Positions 56,020-64,000 of a stretch of DNA of 64,000 nt are shown here, one piece after another (the stretch's first letter is position 1; the number at the start of each line of letters is the position of its first letter). The DNA is from an uncultured Planctomycetota bacterium (GTDB lineage Bacteria > Planctomycetota > Planctomycetia > Isosphaerales > Isosphaeraceae). Under the pieces are notes generated by a model. That model was not told the DNA's origin. It did no database searches and saw only the letters and a list, made by a program, of their open reading frames with translations. A program made the translations under genes and the position numbers. The stretch covers positions 64,001 through 128,000 of the forward strand of contig CAWJTV010000001.1 of NCBI GenBank assembly GCA_963845755.1, read 5' to 3'.

Positions 56020-58437
56020 CTATTCCCGCGCCTCGCCGATCAGGTCGGCGATGGTGCTCAAGAATGTTTGGTCGTGGAAGCTACTCTTGGTCAAATACGA
56101 GTTGGCACCGGCGTCGAGTCCCTTGATTCGGTCCTCCTCGCGGTCCTTGTACGAGACGACGACGACCGGGATCGATTGAAGCCGGGCATCTTCCTTGATG
56201 TGACGGACCAGTGCGATGCCGTCCATGCGGGGCATATCGATGTCGCTGACGACCAGGTCGTAATGGGTGGAGCGCACGGCGTTCCAGCCGTCGACGCCGT
56301 TGACAGCGACATCCACGGTATAGCCCCGGCTCTCGAGCAACTGCCGCTCCAGCTCGCGGACCGTGATCGAGTCATCGACGACGAGGATCCGCTTGACGGT
56401 GCGGGCGCGGTGCTCGGCCGCCACCTCCGCGGAGAGCTTGCCGAGCCGCCGACCGGAGAGGAGGTTGTCGACCGAGCGGACCAGATCCTCGACGTCAACG
56501 ATCAGGACCGGCCAGCCGTCTTCGAGCACCGAAGAGCTGTTGATGTTTGGTACCTTGCCGAGCCGGGCGTCCAGCGGCGAGACGCGCAAGTCGCGCTCGC
56601 CCAGGAACCGGTCGACCACGACGCCGAAGCGATGGCTGCGGTCGCTGGCGACCACCACGGGCAACGAGTCGGCGGCACGGTCGCCGATATCGTCGTCGAG
56701 CTCGAGGACACGGGTCGCGTTGACCAAGCCGACGAGCTGATCGTCCAGCAGGACGTGAGGTTTTCCCTCGAGGTCTCGGACATCCGCGCGATCGACTCTG
56801 AGGATGCGGTCGATCCGGCTGAGGGGGAAGGCATAGGGCTCGCCGGCAATCTCGACCAGCAGGGCTCGGATGACCGAGAACGTGATCGGCAACTGGAGGA
56901 TGAACCGCGCCCCCTTGCCGGGCTGGATGGTCACGCGGACCGAGCCGCGTGCCGAGTGCACCATGCTCTGCACGACGTCGAGACCCACGCCGCGGCCGGA
57001 GACCTCCGTGACCTGCTCTTTCGTGGTGAAGCCCGGCAGGAAGAGGAAATCGAGCAGCTCGGCCTCGCTGAGCTGCCGGGCCATTGTGGCGCTGGTCAAC
57101 CCGCGCTCGACGACCTTGGCGCGGAGTCGTTCGAGATCGACGCCGCGCCCGTCGTCGCTGAGGACGATCTGGAGCATCCCCGCGCGGTGGCGTGCCTCCA
57201 GTCGAATTGTCGCCACCGGAGGCTTGCCGGCGGCCCGCCGGTCTTCGGGCGGTTCGACACCGTGGTCGAGCGCATTGCGGATCAAGTGGTTGAGCGGCGC
57301 CTCGAGGCGGTCGAGTACGTCGCGATCGACACCGGTGGCCTCGCCGTAGACCTCGAACCGCGCCTGCTTGCCCAGCTCCCGGGCCATGTCGCGGACCAGG
57401 CGCGGAAAGCCGCGAATTCCGTCGGCCAGCGGCCGCATCCGGCTGGCCAGCACCTCATGGTGCAGACGGCTGGAGAGATCCTCGCTGGCATGGGCGAACG
57501 CCTCGACCGCCTCGACCGTATCGCCCAAACTCTGCAAGTCCTCGGCGGCGCGAGACCGGGCCTTCGCCAGCAGCTCCTGCCCGGCGGCAGACAGCCGCGG
57601 CCGCAGATCGCCCGCTCCCATAACGGTGCCGGCGAACCGGTCCTCCAGGTTCTGCAAGGACTCCAGCAGGCCGATCTGCCGCTTCCTTAGCTGCCAGAGC
57701 GCGTCTACCAGCGGCCGGAGCCGGTGGCTCTGCACCAGGGATTCGCCCGCCAAGCCCATCAGCCGGGTCAGGCTCTCGGCGGTGACGCGCACAACGCCTC
57801 CGCTGGGGACTGGAGATTGGGGAGTAGGGGATGGGGAGTCAGGGGTGGGGGGTAAAGAGCGATCGGGCTCCTCCAGAGGCCGCGTCGCCGCGGGGGGGGG
57901 CGGCTCCGTTCGATCGGGCTCGAGGCTGTGTTCTGCGAGACCTTCGGTCGGCGGATGGGCGGCGTCGGGAGAACCGCGCCCATCACGAGTCCCCTCTCCC
58001 CGCTCCCCCCTCTGCACGCCCGAAGGTCCCCGGCCTTCCTTGACAGCGGTCAAGTCGGCCACCAAGGCGTCGATCTCGGCGGCGTGATCGGCTTGCCAGG
58101 ACTCCAGCTCCGGCTCGGCGAGCTGCGAGATCTGGACCAGCATGTCGACTCCGCGCAGCAGGATGTCAACATGTTCCGGTTCGAGGGTGAGCTGTCCTTT
58201 CTGGGCCGCGACGAACGCGTCTTCCATCGCGTGCGCGACCCGGACGGCGGCGTCGAGCCCGACGATCCGCGCCGCCCCCTTGAGCGAGTGGGCCGCGCGC
58301 ATCAAGGGTTCGATCACCTCGGGCGAGGCCGACACGCCTTCCAGCGCGACCAGTCCCGATGACAGCGTGGCCGTGTGGCTCTCCGCCTCCATGCGAAACA
58401 GTTCCAGCAGGGAGAAGCCGCTCAGGTCGTCGCTCAC
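56020..58437 (-). CDS. wspE: hybrid CheA-like kinase/response regulator (WspE-like)
   Basis: MRAAHSLKGAA (Hpt), HLIRNALDHG, SGRGVGLDVV, CheW domain and C-terminal REC (LVVDDS, DIDMPRMDG); GTG start overlaps the wspD stop. Confidence 0.9.
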   Translation of the reverse strand: MSDDLSGFSLLELFRMEAESHTATLSSGLVALEGVSASPEVIEPLMRAAHSLKGAARIVGLDAAVRVAHAMEDAFVAAQKGQLTLEPEHVDILLRGVDMLVQISQLAEPELESWQADHAAEIDALVADLTAVKEGRGPSGVQRGERGEGTRDGRGSPDAAHPPTEGLAEHSLEPDRTEPPPPAATRPLEEPDRSLPPTPDSPSPTPQSPVPSGGVVRVTAESLTRLMGLAGESLVQSHRLRPLVDALWQLRKRQIGLLESLQNLEDRFAGTVMGAGDLRPRLSAAGQELLAKARSRAAEDLQSLGDTVEAVEAFAHASEDLSSRLHHEVLASRMRPLADGIRGFPRLVRDMARELGKQARFEVYGEATGVDRDVLDRLEAPLNHLIRNALDHGVEPPEDRRAAGKPPVATIRLEARHRAGMLQIVLSDDGRGVDLERLRAKVVERGLTSATMARQLSEAELLDFLFLPGFTTKEQVTEVSGRGVGLDVVQSMVHSARGSVRVTIQPGKGARFILQLPITFSVIRALLVEIAGEPYAFPLSRIDRILRVDRADVRDLEGKPHVLLDDQLVGLVNATRVLELDDDIGDRAADSLPVVVASDRSHRFGVVVDRFLGERDLRVSPLDARLGKVPNINSSSVLEDGWPVLIVDVEDLVRSVDNLLSGRRLGKLSAEVAAEHRARTVKRILVVDDSITVRELERQLLESRGYTVDVAVNGVDGWNAVRSTHYDLVVSDIDMPRMDGIALVRHIKEDARLQSIPVVVVSYKDREEDRIKGLDAGANSYLTKSSFHDQTFLSTIADLIGEARE

Positions 58438-59199
58438 GGCTGGAGGCTCCGAAAGGCGGCAAAGACCCGCTGCTCGTCGAGCAGGCCGATGCTCCGCCCG
58501 TTCCAGGACAGGACCGCCTGGCTGAACGCCACGGCCGGATTGATCAGGGTCGAAGGAACGGTGCGCCGACTGGCTGCGAGGCAAGCGATGGACGCCCAGG
58601 ACCTCGTCCGCCGCGAACGTCCAGGTCTCGGCCCGGCCACGATCCCGGAGCACGACCAGCCGCCCGGACGAAGGAGACACGGATGCGTCCACGCCCAGCA
58701 ACCCATGCAGCGAGATGCAAAGCTCGGCCCGTCCTTGCAAATTGACGAGTCCGGCGAAGGTCCGGTTCGAGCGATGGGGGACCCGGTGCACCGGCCGGGG
58801 CGTGGTCACCTCGGCGACCGTGCGGGTGCGGAAGGCCAGCCATTCGGTACCCAGCCGGAAGATCAGGATGCTGACGCCCTCTCGTTGAGCGAGGGTGCCG
58901 CCGTCCTCCGCGACCTCATCGCCATCCGCTTCCATCCCTCTGGACGGCCCCAGGCCGTCGGTGTCGGCGAGCCACCGGGTCCACTCCGCCAGGTATCCCT
59001 CGGGGGCGGGCCTGTCGAAGAAGCCGCGCGCAGCGGCCGTGAATACCGGACAGTTCCTGCAGTGGACAAATGAAGTAAGCTCCGGGCAACTCCGATCCCC
59101 AGCCACGCCGATGCGATGCCAACATCCGTCCTCGGCGACTGGCTGCCGCAGCGGACCAGCCTCCGAGGTGTGAACCGTTGTCGATGCGCCGACCGTCAT
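58434..59199 (-). CDS. wspD: CheW-like adaptor (WspD-like); frameshift near 58565
   Basis: CWHRIGVAGDRSCPEL...HCRNCPV N-terminus and CheW domain; true C-terminus is in ORF 58434-58706. Confidence 0.88.
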
Positions 59200-60525
59200 C
59201 GTCGTTCACCTCCTTCGGGCCTCGTGTTGGCCGACGTCCGCGAGGCACGACGGCGGAATCCGGCCGCCGCGCCACGATCGCCGCGCCGCTCTGCCAGCAG
59301 CGCCAGGGCCAGCAGCGCCTCATCATGCTTCGGGTCGAGGTAGACCGTCTTGTGAAAACACTCCTCGGCCCGACGTCGGTCGCCGGCCGACTGGCAGATC
59401 ATCCCCATCAGATAATACACCGAGGAGCCGGGGCCCTTCTGCCGAAGGTGCCTCTCACACATCGCGATCGCCTCCGAATGCCGGCCCTGGTTGGCCAGCT
59501 TCTCAGCCTGTTCCAGGATCCCGGGAGGCATCTTGGAAGGATGAAGGATGAAGGATGAAGGATGAGTCGGGGCGGATGGATTCGGGCTTGATGCCTCAGC
59601 CTTGAGCCTCTCCTGATTCGGCTGAGCCAGAGCCGGATGGAGGGCCGCTTCCGGGGAACGCTCGGCCGGCGGACGGGCGGGGTCAAGAGACCCAGACCCA
59701 ACCCCGGAAAGGCGAGTTGGCTTACTCGCAGCCTTGCGATAGACAAAGCACCCCGGCTCGCCGGCCGGTGCGAAGCGCGACGGCTCGCCGGCGAGATCGA
59801 GCCGGTCGGCGTGACCGATGAAGAGCACTCCGTCGGCCGCGAGCAGGCGGTCGAGCAGCGCCAAGACGCGGGCGCGGGCCGGGACGTCGAGATAGATCAA
59901 CAGGTTGCGGCAGAACACCACGTCATAGGGAGACGACCCTTCGAGCAGGTTCGGTTCGAGCGCGCTGGCCTGGAAGAACCGGACCGTCGATCGGATGGTG
60001 GGGTCCATCTCGTAACCCTCGGCATGGGCGCGGAAGTACTGCGCCCGGCTGCCGAGGTCGGAGCCCCGGAAAGCATTAGCCGAATAAACGCCGCGCCGGG
60101 CGACGGCCAGCCGCCGGGCGCTGACGTCCATCGCGTCGAGTTGGAACCGACGTGCCGGCAGGCCCACGTCCCTCATCGTCATCGCGATCGAGTACGGCTC
60201 CTCACCTCCGGCACAGGCCAAGCTCAGGATCCGCAGTGGCCGACGCGCTGGATCGCCCACCCACCGCTCGCGGACATAATCCGATAGCCAGCAGAACGGG
60301 CGATCGTCCCGGAAGAACCAGCTCTCCGGGACCACAACCTCCTCGATCAGCTCGTGCAGTTCCTCCTCCGATTGGACCACTCGCGACGCATAGACACTCA
60401 GGTCGCCCAGACCGAGCGCCGCCATCCGCCGCCGCGCCGCGCAGGATCAGGTGAGGACCCAGCGTGACCGGATCCAGCCCGATCCGCCGTGCCAGCAACC
60501 GCTCGATGGCCTTTTGGTCCGTCAT
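59196..60525 (-). CDS. wspC: CheR methyltransferase with TPR (WspC-like); frameshift near 60440
   Basis: VVVPESWFFRD, CAGGEEPYSIAM and FCRNLLIY motifs; C-terminal TPR. Confidence 0.9.
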
Positions 60526-60820
60526 TGGTCCTTGAGTCCTTGGGTTTCTCGAGCGACGATTCCACCCGGTTCGCCGGGAATCGAGTTGCTGACCTGCTGA
60601 CCGACATCCCCGCACCGACCGCCGGGAACCGGGACTCCGACGAATGGCGGCAAAGGCCGAAGATCGAGGACCCAGGGTGCTTCACCAACGAGTTGCGCCC
60701 GCCACCGCCCCCGAGGGCCGCGAACCTGAGAACAGGTGGAAGAACAGGTGCGGCACCCGGCCCTCGATTCACCAGCTCCCCCGTAACAAATAAAATATTA
60801 TTTTATTTATATAAAAATAA

Positions 60821-61360
60821 TTAATGCATCCTATCTGTTTCCGGGCCGCTCCAGAGACCTGGGGATCTCAGGCCCAAGGACAATCGGGAAACTCCGACCA
60901 ACGGCACGAACTCCCGGTCGGTCCGGGCGATCATCTCGAGGTAGGGCGCTTGGGGCAGGGACACCGGTGCGGGGACCACCTGTTCCGGCTGGACCCGAGT
61001 CAGGTCGCCGACATGCTCGGCGATCAGCCCGATGAGGCCCCGGTCCGGATTCGCGTCCCGCGGAGGCAGCCCGGGTTCCCCGGCCGGTCCGGGCCGATCG
61101 CCCTCCGATTGATTGTGATCGTACGGCTCGGCTTTGACCAGGATGATCCGGGTGCTGAGCCGATCCGGACAGGGGCTCGTGCCCAGGAGCAAGCCCAGGT
61201 CGATCACGGGCACGACCTGACCTCGATATCCCAGGAACCCGGCCAGGAAGCCCGGCGCGTGCGGGATGAGTCGGAGCTCGACCCGGGGCACCAGCTCGAC
61301 GACCTGCGCCACGTCGACCCCGTAACGATTCCCGGCGGCTGTAAAGGTCAGGATGAGCAT
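60821..61360 (-). CDS. wspB: CheW-like adaptor (WspB-like)
   Basis: VVELVP, YRGQVVPVIDL, LSTRIILV and GLIAEHV motifs. Confidence 0.88.
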   Translation of the reverse strand: MLILTFTAAGNRYGVDVAQVVELVPRVELRLIPHAPGFLAGFLGYRGQVVPVIDLGLLLGTSPCPDRLSTRIILVKAEPYDHNQSEGDRPGPAGEPGLPPRDANPDRGLIGLIAEHVGDLTRVQPEQVVPAPVSLPQAPYLEMIARTDREFVPLVGVSRLSLGLRSPGLWSGPETDRMH

Positions 61361-61369
61361 CAGTCAAAC

Positions 61370-61510
61370 TCCCTCCCCTGGTCGGGGAGGTGGCCGCAGG
61401 CCGGGGGGGTTCTCCGCACCACTCCAAACCACCCCTATCCCATCAAGGCGAGGGGAGGTTCCCGCCCCACCGTCAATCCCTCCCCCACCGGGGGGGAGGG
61501 AGATGAGGGA
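61370..61510. repeat. REP-like GC-rich palindromes at the wspA 3' end
   Basis: CCCTCCCC-tggtc-GGGGAGG and CCCTCCCCC-acc-GGGGGGAGGG hairpins. Confidence 0.55.
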
Positions 61511-63538
61511 CCAAGATTGAATCGCGAGACTTCCTCCTTGACGCTGTCGACGGCCTCGCGGAGCCGTTCGGTGGCCTTGTTGAACTCGCGGAGGGAGCCG
61601 GAGGTCTGGCTGGCGGCCTCGCTCAGGCGGGTCATGGCCTCGCGGATCTGGTCGGCCCCTTGCGACTGGACTGCGCATGCCCTCGGTGACCTGGTCGAAG
61701 CGATCGCCCAGACCCTGAACTCCGCTGATGATCTGGCCGAGCTGTCCGCCAATCTGGCCAACGTCGCCGACGACCGTGCGGACCTGCTCGCTGAACTTGT
61801 CCATCTCCATGACGCCGGCCGAGACGCTGTACTGCATCTCCTTGACCATGCGCTCGATATCGAGGGTGGCGACGGCGGTCTGGTCGGCCAGCCGGCGGAT
61901 CTCGCGGGCGACGACCAGGAAGCCCAATCCATATTCGCCGGCTTTCTCGGCCTCGATCGCCGCGTTGATCGAGAGCAGGTTGGTCTGGTCGGCGACCTTG
62001 GTGATGGTGGTCACGACGACATTGATGTTGGCGGCACGTTCGCTGATGACCGAGAGCTTCGAACCGATCGATTCGGTCGACTCGGCGAGCTGGCGCATGG
62101 TGTGGTCCATGCTGGTGAGGCCCTGCTGTCCCGTGGAGGCCATCCGGGCCGTCTGGTTGGCGACCTGGTTCACCTCGCTCATGGTCTTGAGCAGCTCCTG
62201 GCTGGTCGCCGAGATCTCGTTGACGGCGGCAGCGGCCTCGTTGGTCGAGGCGCTGTACTCGTAGATGGACTGCTCCTGCTGCCGGCTGGCGGCGGAGATC
62301 TCGGTGGCCGTCGACAACAGCGTGATGCTCGAGCGCTGGATCTTGGCGATCAACGAGCGGAGGTCCTGGACCATCTTGCGGATCGCCTGGAGGAGCGTGC
62401 CGGTCTCGCCCGGTGCCCGGCCTTCGCAGGCGGCCGTGAGGTCGCCGGAGGCGACGCGTTCGGCGGCCAGGGCGGCCTCGCGGACCGGCCTCGTGATCGT
62501 CCGCGCCAGCCAGAGGGCCACCGCCGTCACGATCAATACCGTCGTCGAGAGGAGCAAGGCGACCACCCACCGCTGCTGGTCGATCAGCGCGAACGCCTCA
62601 TCGACATCTTGTTTGACCACCATCCCCCAGCGATAGGAAGGGAGGTACGACCAGACGGCAAGGACATTCTTACCGCGGTAGTCGGTCGTCTCGCCGTAGC
62701 CGCGCTGGCCCTGGACGCCCCGCTCCATGGCGATGGCTTTCCCGCTACCGATCTGCACACGCCGGTTGACCAACGCCTTCGGTTGATCGCGCGACGGGGC
62801 GACGAACCACATCTCGGCCCCGTTGCGGCTGGCCACCACGGTCTCGCCCGTCTCGCCCAGTCCACTGTAGTCCTTGAAGACCCGGAACACTTGCTGGTTG
62901 CCCAGCTCCAGGGCCACGAAGCCGATGATCCGCCCCTGCGTGTTAAAGACCGGACTGGCAATGAACGCCGCCGGCTCGTTCCGGTTCGCGTACAACTGGT
63001 AATCCGAGACTTCGATCTGCAAGAGCGTGCGAACCCGATCGAACACCTCGGCCAGCTCGCTGTCCTTGAGCGGACCGTTCAAAAGGTTCGCGCCCAGGTC
63101 GAGATCCGCCTTGAGCCGGAACAGCACCGTCCCATCCGTGTCGAACAGGTAGGCATTGGCATAGCCGAACGCATCGACGAAATTCGACATGACCGGGCGC
63201 AACGAGCGATCCACCTCGAGATAGGCCGGTGAATCGAGAGACTCCTTCCGCAGGACCTCCTTCACCTTGGGGATCATGTTCACGAGGGCCGGGTAGCGGC
63301 TCGCCACGTTCAGGTCGCCGCGGCGCTCGCGGATGTAGGTCTCGAGCTGGGTGGTCTTGGCGTCGGAGATCGCCAGCAATCCCTGGCGCACCGTCTTCTT
63401 CAAGGACTGATTAGAGACGAACGAGGTCACGATCGTGAGCACGGCGCACGGGATCAGCGAGAACGCCAGGAACCAGGCCAGCAACCGGGTGCTGATGCTC
63501 ATCCGGGAGAATCCGAAGGAATCCCATCGCGAGGTCAT
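61435..63538 (-). CDS. wspA: methyl-accepting chemotaxis protein (WspA-like, Cache-type sensor); frameshift near 61670
   Basis: Two TM helices, HAMP domain, [37 protein letters not shown]. Confidence 0.9.
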
Positions 63539-63717
63539 GGCCGGTGGCACCTGGACGAATGGAAGGCAGGATCGGGCACGTTCGATCCGACGGAAACGGA
63601 CCGAGAGCCCGCGAAAAAAACGACCCAAAATAACGCAACTATCAAACTAACCTTAAATAAATATTCTAACGTAATTGAATCTTGAATCTTGATTATTTGG
63701 ATTACTTTCCGATCCTT

Positions 63718-64000
63718 TTACGAACTCACAGCCGATCTCGCCCCGGTGGCCAGGTGGTCCGTTGCCCGCTTCCCCGCGGGTGACGAACCGGACGTGCCCT
63801 CGGCGCGGCGCGAACCCGCGGGGGGGACCGGGTTGGCCCAGCCGCCCCAGGTCCGGTACAAGTTGTCGAGGAACGACTCCCATTCCGAATGCGACCGCGA
63901 GCTGGGATACGGGATCGGCCGCACCGGCTTCTCCGAGTTCCAGACCAGGTCGAACTGGCCGTCGGCCCGAATCTTGCCGATGTACACCGGCCGCCAGGTG
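63718..64000 (-). CDS. UrtA/AmiC-type (urea/amide) substrate-binding protein, 3' end
   Basis: HLWRPVYIGKIRADGQFDLVWNSEKPVRPIPYP resembles the C-terminus of UrtA-family binding proteins. Confidence 0.7.
   Translation of the reverse strand, partial: TWRPVYIGKIRADGQFDLVWNSEKPVRPIPYPSSRSHSEWESFLDNLYRTWGGWANPVPPAGSRRAEGTSGSSPAGKRATDHLATGARSAVSS

Noticed and set aside
56020..59199. 1059-aa WspD-WspE fusion ORF
   Set aside because: Artefact of a frameshift near 58565; the WspD C-terminus and stop are in another frame, overlapping the WspE GTG
504..63538. Mass pseudogenisation or programmed frameshifting (about 20 split genes)
   Set aside because: Single-base shifts are scattered through otherwise well-conserved genes with no common slippery motif; long-read consensus error is the simplest explanation
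1..64000. tRNA, rRNA or riboswitch
   Set aside because: No cloverleaf, rRNA signature or known riboswitch consensus recognised by eye; an Rfam/tRNAscan search would be needed to exclude them

Overview
GC-rich bacterial DNA, most likely from a planctomycete of the Isosphaeraceae type (inferred from the DUF1501 protein, ECF sigma factors with long C-terminal extensions, Ser/Thr kinase-TPR proteins and a LExR-type N-terminal motif). About 20 otherwise intact genes are split by single-base frameshifts, which points to uncorrected long-read errors. Housekeeping content: acyl-CoA dehydrogenase plus an atypical FabD-like acyltransferase, pabB-pabC-Nif3, an MDR reductase, a rhodanese, an ABC exporter, a Tat-exported xanthine-dehydrogenase-family molybdoenzyme operon, a UvrD-like helicase, a J-domain protein and a Wsp-like chemosensory operon lacking wspF/wspR. 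First accessory region (8.6-11 kb): an integrase-less array of small co-oriented genes separated by attC-like hairpins. Every core site reads GT(G/A/C)AGGC instead of GTTAGGC, and a 261-bp MITE sits in one cassette leader. Second accessory region (31.6-56 kb): an IS5-disrupted kinase, HicAB, VapC-type, HNH and Rpn modules, a kinase-TPR protein with three catalytic residues replaced, and three tandem ECF sigma factors sharing a GRGATR-N17-CTC(T/A)TA upstream motif. No rRNA, tRNA or CRISPR array was recognised.
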